The position numbers and the translations under genes were made by a program. A stretch of 63,323 bases of DNA, the filler included, from Candidatus Woesearchaeota archaeon (GTDB taxonomy: Archaea; Nanobdellota; Nanobdellia; Woesearchaeales; JACPBO01), in the NCBI GenBank assembly GCA_016180285.1. It is 3 parts of 3 records of this genome, joined end to end, with 100 filler letters (N's around TTAATTAATTAA, not from the genome) between each part and the next. Parts side by side here need not be neighbours in the genome. Positions count along the whole stretch, not along the records: positions 1 to 23,957 come from JACPBO010000039.1; positions 24,058 to 53,762 come from JACPBO010000042.1; 1 more part is not named here. The stretch is one strand, 5' to 3'. The notes under the pieces are model-generated. The model was not told the origin of the DNA. It did no database searches and saw only the letters and a list, made by a program, of their open reading frames with translations. Every line of letters begins with the position of its first letter. Position 1 is the first letter of the stretch. Positions 18,566-28,072 of the stretch are shown here, one piece after another.

Positions 18566-18802
18566 TTATCCCTCGATTATTTTTCTCAATTCTGCAATAT
18601 TTTTAAAAGGTATGCCTTTTTCTTTTTCTATTCTCTTTAACTTTTTAATGTACTCGGGCCTTAATTCGGGTTCTATATTCTCTTCGAACTTGTCTATTAC
18701 AAAATTAACTGCATCTGACTTATTTTTAAACCCGAACTTGCCCTTTACAATAGTCAAGATCCTGTCTTCATATTCCCCTAGATTTATTATCGCCTGCACC
18801 AT
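18566..18802 (-). CDS. DUF2683-type antitoxin
   Basis: MVQAIINL...ILTIVKGKFGFKNKSDAVN...PELRPEY; directly upstream of the RelE gene. Confidence 0.8.
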   Translation of the reverse strand: MVQAIINLGEYEDRILTIVKGKFGFKNKSDAVNFVIDKFEENIEPELRPEYIKKLKRIEKEKGIPFKNIAELRKIIEG

Positions 18803-18939
18803 TTTTGCCTCCTTGTTATAAATTATTATAATTTATTATGAAATATAATGAATTATTATATAAAGCTTTCGGTTTTGAGCATAGCGAGAAACTGAAAGCT
18901 AGGAACACAAAGCCGAAGGCGTTGACTCTGCTTTCGGTT

Positions 18940-19698
18940 TTATTCTTTTTCTGCCATTTTCCAGATTGTTTCGAATAGATCTTTGTAGCTTTGCGCCAGT
19001 CCTTTGCTTCTTATTAGAACAGCAAAGATTGGCTTAGTGGCATAAGAGACCTGTATAATTTTATCATTGTAAATCCACAAATCAACAGGGCTTAAATAAG
19101 ATCCTTCTGAGATAAACTTTCCTGCGCCATAATATTCCCTTAAGTAATCTTTTTGTTTTCTGATTTTAGGATCCCAAAGGCATCTGGCTTTTATATTGAA
19201 GTCTTTCTTCTTTTTCTGGAAGATGAACCAATAAGGGCCTAAAACTTCTTTTAGCATTCCAGAAGCAAATGCCAAATATGTGCCATTTGGTCTCAATTCC
19301 TTCAACATATTTTCTAAAATTGTTTTATACCCCTTTAACCCCTGATAGATCGTCGCTTCCTGCTGCTCTTCTTCTGACATTTTCTTTCTAATCTTCAACT
19401 CAGGCAGCATCTTTTGCATTTCTTCTCTTTCTTCTTCGAGCTGCCTCTTTTTCTCGTCAATATAGTCGAGCAATCTTTCTGGCTCAGCTGCCTGAAAATA
19501 TTTTTTATTTGCTTTTTTAACATAACTTACAAGGCCTTTCTTTTGCAATCTTTCCAGACTTTCGTACACCTTTGAGCTATTGATGCCTATTGCTTTGATA
19601 AGAGGGCCTGATGTTGACTCGCCTTTCTCCAATAATGCCAAATACACTTTGATCTCATTCTTTGTCAGCCCTGCTTTTTCAAGTGTTTCTGTGTTCAT
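18940..19698 (-). CDS. TrmB-family transcriptional regulator
   Basis: GLTKNEIKVYLALL...SKVYESLERLQKKGLV; C-terminal IYNDKI domain. Confidence 0.88.
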   Translation of the reverse strand: MNTETLEKAGLTKNEIKVYLALLEKGESTSGPLIKAIGINSSKVYESLERLQKKGLVSYVKKANKKYFQAAEPERLLDYIDEKKRQLEEEREEMQKMLPELKIRKKMSEEEQQEATIYQGLKGYKTILENMLKELRPNGTYLAFASGMLKEVLGPYWFIFQKKKKDFNIKARCLWDPKIRKQKDYLREYYGAGKFISEGSYLSPVDLWIYNDKIIQVSYATKPIFAVLIRSKGLAQSYKDLFETIWKMAEKE

Positions 19699-19797
19699 GC
19701 AAACCAACAAGTATTTCTTATATATAAATCTTTCCCCCTTAAAGGAGTAGCGAGAATTTATATGCATTATAATGTATTCATTGTATGGTGATTAAAA

Positions 19798-20328
19798 ATG
19801 GATCATGATATAACGGTATATAAGGTTAAACAATATGAAAAGAGAAGCAAGAATAAAAGCAGTTCCACAAGAAGGTTAGACGAATTTATTACATTTAGAG
19901 ACTTAGAAGAATTTATTTTGAGTTATTCCAATGATTTTGTCCCTCCGTTAGCATCCAGGGGAAATTTAATAGATACCCTTAAAGCTATCGCAAATCATGG
20001 CGGATCATACTATACTGAAATAAATGGGAATATTATTGCAGCGGTTACTTACATCAAGAACAACAAACGTCATTCGGCATACATACCTTATATTGTTACT
20101 GATAAAGACTACAGAGGACAAAATTATATGAAGAATTTAATTACTCTAACAATGAAATATTTTGCAGCAAAAAGGTATAACAAACTTTGGCTTGAAACGT
20201 GGTCCACTAATAAAGTTGCATTGAATTTATTCAAAAAATTGGGTTTTAAAATTGTAGAAAGAACAAAGAACGGCAGGCTGGATGGTGTTGATAATATAAA
20301 ACTTGAAGCGTTACTCAAGACAAAGTGA
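19798..20328 (+). CDS. GNAT acetyltransferase
   Basis: DYRGQNY, LETWSTNKVALNLFKKLGF. Confidence 0.85.
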   Translation: MDHDITVYKVKQYEKRSKNKSSSTRRLDEFITFRDLEEFILSYSNDFVPPLASRGNLIDTLKAIANHGGSYYTEINGNIIAAVTYIKNNKRHSAYIPYIVTDKDYRGQNYMKNLITLTMKYFAAKRYNKLWLETWSTNKVALNLFKKLGFKIVERTKNGRLDGVDNIKLEALLKTK

Positions 20329-20378
20329 AATAAAATGACTGGCACTAAACATATTAATCCTCTAAATAAATATCTTCG

Positions 20379-20846
20379 CTATTTAACCAAAAAATTAAAC
20401 GCTGTAAACCCGCCTGATACGATCAAGGTAACTATAATCCCTGCAATTGCAACGCCCAGAGAGATCGCTAAAAATGATTTCCACTTATCCAGCTCAAAAA
20501 ACCATGCTGCCAAGGCTCCTGTATATGCTCCTGTTGCAGGAAATGGAATTGCGACAAATATCATTAATCCGATATAGCCCCACTTATCAATGCTCTTATG
20601 CGCTTTTCTTCTTGTCCTATCCAGAAAGCCGTCAAATGTTTTTTTGTAGAGCCTGGATTTCATAAAATGATCGTGTACGTACCCTAAAAAGAAGTAAACA
20701 ACAGGGACAACAAGAATATTTGCGATAACAGAGGCAAAATAAACGAGAAAGATGTTAAGACCGGCGTATAATCCAATAGGAATTCCGCCCCTTAACTCTG
20801 ATATCGGCAGGAAGCTCCAGATCATTGCTTTGATTAATGCGTCCAT
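20379..20846 (-). CDS. COG2426 putative small multidrug export membrane protein
   Basis: LPISELRGGIP, FVAIPFPATGAYTG. Confidence 0.88.
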   Translation of the reverse strand: MDALIKAMIWSFLPISELRGGIPIGLYAGLNIFLVYFASVIANILVVPVVYFFLGYVHDHFMKSRLYKKTFDGFLDRTRRKAHKSIDKWGYIGLMIFVAIPFPATGAYTGALAAWFFELDKWKSFLAISLGVAIAGIIVTLIVSGGFTAFNFLVK

Positions 20847-20847
20847 T

Positions 20848-22035
20848 TTATTTGAGGGTTATTTTTTTAATCTTTTCTTTTACATAACCGGCTTTTATTA
20901 AATCTTTTATTAAATCACCTATATTGATGAATTTTCTTTCAACTTCCGCATAAATCCTGTTGTTTTTTATAAAGGTTTTCTTATATTTATTCCTGAAATT
21001 TTCAGCATGCATTGCTGCCTTTAACGGAGGGCCTTCATGAATCTTTGTCCTGCTTAAGATCCCGTTTTTAACTAAGAACCACATGATGGTTTTTTTATCA
21101 TTGAATTCCCAGCCTGAATCTTCCAGCTGGAAATCATTAAGCCCGATTTCTTTTTTAATGAAATCAAAAACTTTCAATAGCTTGCTTCCTATTATGTCTT
21201 CTTTCCCTTCCAGCGGAATGGCTTCAAGAACAACTGCCCCTTTCTTAATCTCCATTTTCTTTTTAACAAAAAAATCCTTTGAAGGCGATTTTAAAAACAA
21301 AGCAGCAGCTTCCCTGAATTCCTCTATCCTTTCTTTTCTTAATGCAGCTGCTGCATTTCTGCCTTTCTGCAGAGGATCAATTATAATCAAAGGCGAAAGC
21401 TTTGACTTGTTTATGTCAAGCCTTTTATTCCTATAATAATGCATTACATCGATTATTTCGCCATCTTTCCATTCAAGAGAATTCTTTAATAAATTTAAAA
21501 ATCCCTTGTAACATATCACAAGAATATCGATTATATGGCCGCTGAAGCCTCCAATATAGCTTTCTGCGCCATATACGCCCTGAGCTTTGCAGAATAATTT
21601 TGCCAACAAAATATCATTCTTAAGATTGCCCATGTGCTTCTTTACCCATGCGACATGCAAAGGAGAAAAGTCTGTTACATTCTTAGCATCACCTGGCTTT
21701 TTTATGCCCAAAACAGGAATGATTTCGTAGTTTATGCTGTTTTCAATGACTTCAAAATAATCGCGGCTGCCATGGACCCTTCTGGCATTTTTTAAAATCT
21801 TTTCCAGATGATCTGATAATTCTTCGCTTTTATACTTCAGGTCAAACTTTACAAACACATCAACATCAAAATCCTTCAAAAAAGTGCCTTTGGCAGCGCT
21901 GCCTCCGAGCTGAACAACGGCCTTTATCCTGTTTTTTTTAATGCTTTTTTTTATTTTGTTGATAAACGCATCTATCTTTACAAAAACTTCCTTCTCATTT
22001 TCAACCTTGTTTTCTTTTATTGCATCTTCGAACAT
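20848..22035 (-). CDS. cca: Archaeal class I CCA-adding enzyme
   Basis: GGSAAKGTFL..DVDVF, GVYGAE..GGFSG, IDPLQKGRNAAAA, HEGPP; ATG 22035 downstream of a TATA box. Confidence 0.92.
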   Translation of the reverse strand: MFEDAIKENKVENEKEVFVKIDAFINKIKKSIKKNRIKAVVQLGGSAAKGTFLKDFDVDVFVKFDLKYKSEELSDHLEKILKNARRVHGSRDYFEVIENSINYEIIPVLGIKKPGDAKNVTDFSPLHVAWVKKHMGNLKNDILLAKLFCKAQGVYGAESYIGGFSGHIIDILVICYKGFLNLLKNSLEWKDGEIIDVMHYYRNKRLDINKSKLSPLIIIDPLQKGRNAAAALRKERIEEFREAAALFLKSPSKDFFVKKKMEIKKGAVVLEAIPLEGKEDIIGSKLLKVFDFIKKEIGLNDFQLEDSGWEFNDKKTIMWFLVKNGILSRTKIHEGPPLKAAMHAENFRNKYKKTFIKNNRIYAEVERKFINIGDLIKDLIKAGYVKEKIKKITLK

Positions 22036-22103
22036 AATGATGGATAGAACGCAGTTAGTATAAAAATATTGTTTTTTTGAAAGTAAAATGTTGAAAATAT
22101 ATC

Positions 22104-22305
22104 CGCCGCACGCCACCACAACGGCGGCTGACGCACAAGCTCATTACATTCGCTTGTGCTACCTGCCACCCCGTAAGGGACGTCCCCCGTCAGGTCAGCG
22201 CCGACGTGGCGTGCGGCGAGGCTGGGGTTGCGCCCTTCGGGCTGCCGAGCAGGGCAAAACTGAACGCAGTGAAGTTTTGACCGTCGCACCGCCGTAGTCG
22301 GCGCT
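22104..22305. ncRNA. Unassigned GC-rich structured element (ncRNA or ssDNA structure)
   Basis: GC-rich island in an AT-rich intergenic region with many perfect complementary pairs; no SRP or RNase P signature seen. Confidence 0.6.
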
Positions 22306-22396
22306 TTTACCAATTGAAAAGTTTACTTTAAATTTTCTTGTGCCTTTTTTCTGCGAAAGCTTTATAAACAAACTGCGTTTTCACAACTTATCAATT

Positions 22397-22524
22397 GGGG
22401 CTGTGGGGTAGCTTGGTTATCCTTTCTGGCTTGGGTTGCAAATGGTTGCAAAGGGCACCAGAAGACCCCGGTTCGAAAAAGCTCCATTATGCTTAAAGGG
22501 GCTCCGACAGTCCGGGCAGCCCCA
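22397..22524 (+). tRNA. tRNA-Pro(UGG), introns 37/38 (22436-22456) and 59/60 (22478-22510)
   Basis: GGGGCTG/CAGCCCC acceptor stem; cloverleaf restored after removing two BHB-like introns. Confidence 0.9.
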
Positions 22525-22532
22525 TTCACAAA

Positions 22533-22862
22533 ATGGCAGAAGAAAAAGTAATGACGGTAAAGCGCTTTGGCGCGAGATATGGAAGAAAGATACGCTATAA
22601 AGTTGCTAAGATAGAGGAAGAGCTGAAGAAAAAGCATAAATGCCCCTATTGCAGCAGCTTAAGGGCCAAGAGGGCTGCAAGCGGAATATGGGAATGCAGA
22701 AAATGCGGCGCAAAATTTACAGGCAAGGCTTATTCTATTGCAAAGAGAATAACATTCGAAGAGGAAATTCCTGAAGAAGTGAAAGAAGGCAAGATAGTGG
22801 AAAAAACAGAAGATGCTGAAGACAGGAGCTCTAAGAAAAAGAAAGAGGAGAAAAGATGGTAG
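22533..22862 (+). CDS. rpl37ae: Ribosomal protein eL43 (L37ae) with acidic C-terminal tail
   Basis: RFGARYG...CPYC...GIWECRKCGAKFTGKAY. Confidence 0.95.
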   Translation: MAEEKVMTVKRFGARYGRKIRYKVAKIEEELKKKHKCPYCSSLRAKRAASGIWECRKCGAKFTGKAYSIAKRITFEEEIPEEVKEGKIVEKTEDAEDRSSKKKKEEKRW

Positions 22863-22993
22863 AATACAAATGCTTTACATGCGATAAAAAGATAGGCGAA
22901 GATATGATGAGAAAAAGGGTCAGATGCCCTTATTGCGGATCAAAGATATTGTTCAAGCCGCGCTCAGTTGCAACAAAGATAAAGGCAAGATAA
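22856..22993 (+). CDS. rpoP: RNA polymerase subunit Rpo12 (P)
   Basis: 45 aa: YKCFTC...VRCPYCGSKILFKPR; usual position after rpl37ae. Confidence 0.92.
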   Translation: MVEYKCFTCDKKIGEDMMRKRVRCPYCGSKILFKPRSVATKIKAR

Positions 22994-22994
22994 G

Positions 22995-23321
22995 ATGGAT
23001 AAAAAAACTCAGGAGAAGATACAGACATTGCAGCTTTTAGAGCAGAATCTTCAGAATTTTCTTATGCAAAAACAGCAGTTTCAGGTTCAGCTAGTTGAGA
23101 TAGAATCTGCATTAAGCGAGCTTGGCAGGTCAAAAGAAGCTTATAAGATAGTCGGCAACATTATGGTAAGCTCAAGCAAAGATGCGCTTGAAAAGGAGCT
23201 GAAAGAGAAGCAGGAAACACTCAGCATAAGGATAAAGTCAATAGAAAAGCAGGAAAACAGCATAAAGGATAGGGCAAAAAAACTGCAGGAAGAAGTTCTA
23301 GGCGAGATGAAAGAAAAGTGA
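22995..23321 (+). CDS. pfdB: Prefoldin beta subunit
   Basis: Coiled coils around AYKIVGNIMV; conserved context. Confidence 0.92.
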   Translation: MDKKTQEKIQTLQLLEQNLQNFLMQKQQFQVQLVEIESALSELGRSKEAYKIVGNIMVSSSKDALEKELKEKQETLSIRIKSIEKQENSIKDRAKKLQEEVLGEMKEK

Positions 23322-23323
23322 AA

Positions 23324-23581
23324 ATGGTGCAGGAGTTCGATTTCGGCAGTATAACCGGCATATTGGAAGACTTGAAAGCAGATGCCGCTGTTCCAAAGAA
23401 TGTAAAAATAAAAATAGATTCTGTTATGGGAGTTCTTAATGGCGATTCTGACATTTCTATAAAGTTAAACAAGGCATTGCATGAGCTTGACGAGATAGCA
23501 AATGATGCAAATCTTCAGTCTTATGCAAGAACCCAGATATGGAATATTGTCTCTGCGCTGGAAAAAGTCAGCGCTTCTTAA
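23324..23581 (+). CDS. UPF0147 family protein
   Basis: D.AVPKNV...LDEIANDANLQSYARTQIWNIVSALE. Confidence 0.88.
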   Translation: MVQEFDFGSITGILEDLKADAAVPKNVKIKIDSVMGVLNGDSDISIKLNKALHELDEIANDANLQSYARTQIWNIVSALEKVSAS

Positions 23582-23957
23582 TTGTAAGCTCGCTTTTTAT
23601 CATCTCTGAATGCGGTATGAATATATTGTCTTTATTTTTTGTTTCAACCTTTGTTTCAACCAAGCCGACTTCAATAACCCTGCCTTCTATGTTCTTGAGC
23701 TTTATCCTGTCGCCTACATTTATTATGCCTTTCCTGAAGATGAAAAACCCTGCGAAAAAATTAGGCATAAAATCCTTTACAGCAAGCAGAAGGGCAGCTA
23801 TCACAAAAAATATTACGCTGATTGAAACAATGTAAAGCACCTGCGTTGTAAGGCCAAACTGGTTAAGGGCCATGATGACTGCAATAAAATAAATGAAATA
23901 AGTTATGCTGCTGCCAATGATGCCTTCAATTGTCACCTTGATGCCTGCGGCTTTTTT
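23568..23957 (-). CDS. MscS mechanosensitive channel (5' part lost in gap)
   Basis: NFFAGFFI...VGDRI...EGRVIEVGLVET...IPHS. Confidence 0.85.
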   Translation of the reverse strand, partial: KKAAGIKVTIEGIIGSSITYFIYFIAVIMALNQFGLTTQVLYIVSISVIFFVIAALLLAVKDFMPNFFAGFFIFRKGIINVGDRIKLKNIEGRVIEVGLVETKVETKNKDNIFIPHSEMIKSELTIKKR

Positions 23958-24057
23958 NNNNNNNNNNNNNNNNNNNNNNNNNNNNNNNNNNNNNNNNNNN
24001 NTTAATTAATTAANNNNNNNNNNNNNNNNNNNNNNNNNNNNNNNNNNNNNNNNNNNN
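23958..24057. other. Assembly gap / artificial contig linker
   Basis: N run with TTAATTAATTAA (stops in all frames); genes on both sides truncated. Confidence 0.95.
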
Positions 24058-24550
24058 GCAGGGAGCCTGCGCAATTTTTGACGCTGTAACTGAAACAAAC
24101 TGGAAGCCTTATGGCCTGCAGCAGAGCGGAACTTCACTGCCTTTCGGGCCTATAGCCCTTGTTGTTCATATGTCATCTGTATGGGTGCCATTTACATCAG
24201 AAAGCAAGGAGGCAATTGCGCATTATCCTGAAATCATAAAAGAGATAAAGCTTGCAGTTCAGGAATGCGGAAGGAAGCTGGGAAGTTATGTTTATAAGAA
24301 AAAGCGTGTTTTAAATGAGGGTGCAAAGCGCGATTATATCAAAACATATATTCCTCATGTTGCAGAAGCTCTTAAAGAAATTGTTGGCTTTAAGGAAGAT
24401 GATGAGAAAAAAGTCGAGAAATGCCTTGCCGAGATACTTGAAAAAAACAGGGGAGAGCTGGAAGACTTAGAAATTGAAAACGAAGAATATGATGAAGAAT
24501 TTGCCAAGATCGGCAGGGAAGACAGCAAAGAAGAGGCAGAAAATGAATAA
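24058..24550 (+). CDS. top6B: DNA topoisomerase VI subunit B, C-terminal part
   Basis: WVPFTSESKEAIA...EIKLAVQECGRKL; followed by top6A. Confidence 0.92.
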
Positions 24551-25625
24551 AGTCGCACAACAAATCATAGATCTTGCACAGGGAATATACAAGTCAATTT
24601 TAGCTAAAAAACAGCCTAAAGTAGAATCGCCCCTGAGAGCTTTGGTTAATGTCAAGTATGACGAAAAAACAGGCTATTTTGATTTAGTTGGAAAGATGAA
24701 ATCAAGAACTCTTACTGTTGGCAGCGTTAAAACATTCGCCCAGACTTTGCGGATGATGGCTTTATCAAAGGAATTAGTCGATAAAGATGATATTGCAACT
24801 AAAAGGGAGGCTTATTATGTTTCTAAAAACTGGGGCGAGGCCAGATTCAAAGAACAGCCGGAATCAGATACTGTTATGGATGATATTGAAGCAATGCTTA
24901 TGGTTAATCGCGAGCAAATGGGCTTTATTCCGGAGGAAAAAGGCGGAGAAGTTGCAGGAAGGCTTATTGTAATTGATAAAGACCAGGATACAGGAAAAGA
25001 ATTAAAGATTGACTGCACTAAAATGGGCTCTGGCGCATATTCTATTCCTTCATCTGTGGAGGAATTGAAATTTGAGACAGATGCAAAATTCATACTCGCA
25101 ATAGAGACAGCAGGAATGTTCCAGAGATTAGTGAAGCATAATTACTGGAAAAAAGCAGACTGCATTTTAATTTCAATGGGCGGAGTCCCGACAAGGGCGT
25201 GCAGAAGGTTTATCAGAAGGCTTGCCGATTCTAAAAAATTGCCTGTTTATGTATTCACTGACAATGATCCTTATGGTTACATGAATATATACAGAACGCT
25301 TAAGGTTGGCTCCGGTAATTCCGCACACATCAACAGGTATTTTTGCGTCCCAAATGCGAGATTTTTAGGGGTTACAACGCAGGATGTCATAGATTACAAA
25401 TTGCCTTCGCATCCTCTGAAAGAAGTGGATATTAAGAGAGCCAAAGATGCCCTGAAAAATGATCCGTTTGTACTGCACCATAAGGAATGGCAGAATGCCA
25501 TAAAACAGATGATAGACTTAAAAGTCAGGGCAGAGCAGCAGGCTTTGGCAGCCTGGGGGCTCAACTATGTGATCAATACTTACCTGCCAGATAAGCTAAA
25601 GCACCCAGAGAAGTTTTTACCGTAA
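24543..25625 (+). CDS. top6A: DNA topoisomerase VI subunit A
   Basis: TKREAYY, AIETAGMF, GGVPTR, DNDPYG, AEQQAL. Confidence 0.96.
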   Translation: MNKVAQQIIDLAQGIYKSILAKKQPKVESPLRALVNVKYDEKTGYFDLVGKMKSRTLTVGSVKTFAQTLRMMALSKELVDKDDIATKREAYYVSKNWGEARFKEQPESDTVMDDIEAMLMVNREQMGFIPEEKGGEVAGRLIVIDKDQDTGKELKIDCTKMGSGAYSIPSSVEELKFETDAKFILAIETAGMFQRLVKHNYWKKADCILISMGGVPTRACRRFIRRLADSKKLPVYVFTDNDPYGYMNIYRTLKVGSGNSAHINRYFCVPNARFLGVTTQDVIDYKLPSHPLKEVDIKRAKDALKNDPFVLHHKEWQNAIKQMIDLKVRAEQQALAAWGLNYVINTYLPDKLKHPEKFLP

Positions 25626-25627
25626 AC

Positions 25628-26137
25628 TTATCTTTCCATTATTTCCTTTGTCTTTGCAATGACCTTTTTTGCTAGTTCAAAAAGTTCTTTGTACAGATTA
25701 TCTTTAATGGAAAGGCTTGTCCCGTATTGGTACAGCTCCCTTATTTCAATTGTTGTTTGCTCTTCTTTTTTCTCAACATCCAATGAGGATATCTTATCTA
25801 ACAGCTCTTTTTCAAAATCAATTTTACCATCTTCAATCAGGCTGTGAACTAAAGCAAAAGTACATTCCTGATTCCCGGATTCATACCCGAATTTTGCAGC
25901 TATTGCAAGCAGGCAGTGATACATTGAATAGAATACAGTGCTTGCGCTTATGTCTGAGAAATTCCCTTTTTTCAAATAATCTGTTGCTTCAAGATAATGC
26001 TCTGCTTTTTTTATATGACCTCGTGCCTTTTCTAAGTTCGGATTTGCCTTGGCAAGCCCTCTGTGTTTTCCTGTTTCCTTTAATTCCCGCTCTGATTTTT
26101 TCAAGCACCATTCAACTTTGTTTTTTGCATGGCTCAT
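25628..26137 (-). CDS. HEPN-domain protein
   Basis: FYSMYHCLLA...GYESGNQEC...RELYQY. Confidence 0.82.
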   Translation of the reverse strand: MSHAKNKVEWCLKKSERELKETGKHRGLAKANPNLEKARGHIKKAEHYLEATDYLKKGNFSDISASTVFYSMYHCLLAIAAKFGYESGNQECTFALVHSLIEDGKIDFEKELLDKISSLDVEKKEEQTTIEIRELYQYGTSLSIKDNLYKELFELAKKVIAKTKEIMER

Positions 26138-26718
26138 CTTTTCATCACATCTATAAATGTGTCCTCGCCAAAAGCAACTATGCCTTTTATGGCATTCAAT
26201 ATTATCTTATCTTGTTTTTTAATGTTTTTCTTAATATCTTCTTTTAATTGGTATACCGAGTGCAGCTTTTTTATGTTTACAAAATTTATTTTTTCCACTT
26301 CTTCCTTAAGTTTTTGAAATCTTTTTTGTTCTGTAGCGAGAAGCACATCTATATCTTTCGCTTCCTTCTGCTTATTTAAAACAGAGCCGAACAATAGTGC
26401 AAAATCTGCATTTTTTATTTTGTTGATTTCCCTCAGCCATACCTTTACATAGCTTGAAGCCTGTTCTGCTTCTCTTTTCAGCAGAAATTTTATGTATTCC
26501 CTTACGTAATCATTTTCAAGAGCTAATTGATAAAATCTTGCTCTCCCAAATTGCCTTGAAACTATTACCCCTTCCTTTTCGAGCCTTCTTGCTATCTTCA
26601 AAGCGCCCATCGGGCTGATTCCCATAGCTCTCGCTATGCTGCTCGCGTTATATTCTGTTGCTGGATTTTTGAAGATGCCCAGGATAAAGAGCATCTCGTT
26701 TTTGGCTATGTCTCTCAT
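26134..26718 (-). CDS. HTH plus minimal nucleotidyltransferase
   Basis: wHTH; LFGSVL...AKDIDVL. Confidence 0.85.
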   Translation of the reverse strand: MRDIAKNEMLFILGIFKNPATEYNASSIARAMGISPMGALKIARRLEKEGVIVSRQFGRARFYQLALENDYVREYIKFLLKREAEQASSYVKVWLREINKIKNADFALLFGSVLNKQKEAKDIDVLLATEQKRFQKLKEEVEKINFVNIKKLHSVYQLKEDIKKNIKKQDKIILNAIKGIVAFGEDTFIDVMKR

Positions 26719-26759
26719 ATAAACTCCAAGTTTAAATATATAAACTCCAAGTTTAAATA
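26718..26759. repeat. 21-bp tandem repeat over the MNT-HEPN promoter (probable operator)
   Basis: TATAAACTCCAAGTTTAAATA twice; internal AAACT/AGTTT symmetry. Confidence 0.65.
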
Positions 26760-26871
26760 CTTTTCGGTTTTGAAATAAGCAGATGATCCGTTCTATCTAA
26801 CAAAACCTTCAATTAATTCAACCAGAACATTAGTTTTTGATTTTTCAATATCGATGCATTTCTTAGCAATA

Positions 26872-27150
26872 TTAAACTTTCCCAATTTCTTTTAAAATTT
26901 TCTCCACATCTTTTGCCGTTTTCTTTCCTAAATAAGTTATTTTATAGAATCTGAATCTACGCTCATTAGGATTCTCACAAACTATTAATTTTCTGCTCAA
27001 AAGCTCTTTTAATGTCCTGCTCGTATGAGATTCATACATATTTGTTCTTTTCATAATTTGGGAGGGAGTTAGCTTCTCCTTTGCAAGTAGAAGAAATACC
27101 TTTCTTCTATTCTTGGCTCTGAGGACGAATGAAATTAATTTACAATCCAT
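26872..27150 (-). CDS. Winged-helix (ArsR/MarR-like) regulator
   Basis: TPSQI...SHTSRTLKEL...YKIT.LGK. Confidence 0.82.
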   Translation of the reverse strand: MDCKLISFVLRAKNRRKVFLLLAKEKLTPSQIMKRTNMYESHTSRTLKELLSRKLIVCENPNERRFRFYKITYLGKKTAKDVEKILKEIGKV

Positions 27151-27267
27151 ATGTAGAAATGGTAAGTCAAATAATAAATAAGGATACTACCATTTCACTT
27201 ACCAAAATTGGAAAGATTTAAATAGCCTTTGTACTTAACAGGCACTATAATAAACAGGGTGGTCTTT

Positions 27268-27471
27268 ATGAAAAAAATAGTTATGTTGTTTTTGTTAGTG
27301 TTGTTAATAGTATCTATTTCGTTGATCGCTGGTTGTGAAAGTAAACCAAAATGTAGAACAATAACAAGAACGAATCCTGGTTGCGACAAAATGGCAGATT
27401 GCACTTGTTTGCATAATAGCTGGGGCGGTTTAGGAGCTTGTGATAGTTGCGAATGTACGGTGTGCGAATAA
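27268..27471 (+). CDS. Small Cys-rich putative lipoprotein
   Basis: MKK plus hydrophobic stretch, lipobox LIAGC, 8 further Cys. Confidence 0.6.
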   Translation: MKKIVMLFLLVLLIVSISLIAGCESKPKCRTITRTNPGCDKMADCTCLHNSWGGLGACDSCECTVCE

Positions 27472-27483
27472 TGAGGCAATAAT

Positions 27484-28053
27484 ATGAAAACAAATAAAGT
27501 CTTTTTTTGGCTTTTATTTTCTATTTTTTTAGTTGGATGCTATCAGAAAACTAGTCTGCAAGAAACGCAATACACAGGAAAAAGCTCAACCCCGTCTAGT
27601 GTTAATGAAAGAGTTACTACCGTAGAAGAAATAGAACGTTGTAGAACATCAGGCGGTATCGGCGTGTCTGGAGGGGTATGTATATTTGATAAAAAATCTA
27701 ATACTGCAGAAGAACTACAACAGATACTTGAAAATCAAAAGAAAGCGATGTTGTTAGGAGATTTAAATTTATATCTTCAAGATTTTAGTTCCTCCTTGGA
27801 TATAAATACTTATGCATCAAGTTTTAAACAAATATTTCAATTAATAAGCTACGACTATGTTGAATTCAGCATTAAAGAATTCTCCGAGAAGGACGATGTT
27901 GTTACAGCTACAATCTATCAAGTAACAAAAATGCATAATAAAGAAACATACGAATCTGCGGTCACCAAGGTTGATGTAAAATGGATTTTTCAAAGAGAGG
28001 ATGGAAAATTAAAGATAATAGCGACAACACCTATGAAAGTTTATGAAACATAA
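27484..28053 (+). CDS. Putative lipoprotein with NTF2-like C-terminal domain
   Basis: FLVGC lipobox; WIFQREDGKLKI terminus. Confidence 0.65.
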   Translation: MKTNKVFFWLLFSIFLVGCYQKTSLQETQYTGKSSTPSSVNERVTTVEEIERCRTSGGIGVSGGVCIFDKKSNTAEELQQILENQKKAMLLGDLNLYLQDFSSSLDINTYASSFKQIFQLISYDYVEFSIKEFSEKDDVVTATIYQVTKMHNKETYESAVTKVDVKWIFQREDGKLKIIATTPMKVYET

Positions 28054-28072
28054 AAAGACGTGAATTAACGAA

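Noticed and set aside
22104..22305. SRP RNA or RNase P RNA
   Set aside because: No clear SRP helix 8 motif or RNase P GAGGAAAGUCC/P4 elements on either strand, and shorter than typical archaeal versions; a covariance search is still needed
22017..22313. ORFs 22017-22313 (-) and 22088-22297 (+), and a cca start at 22119
   Set aside because: By-products of the GC-rich structured element; composition unlike real genes here
23958..24057. TTAATTAATTAA palindrome as a biological site (also at 53763-53862)
   Set aside because: Embedded in N runs: an artificial linker, so adjacency across it carries no information
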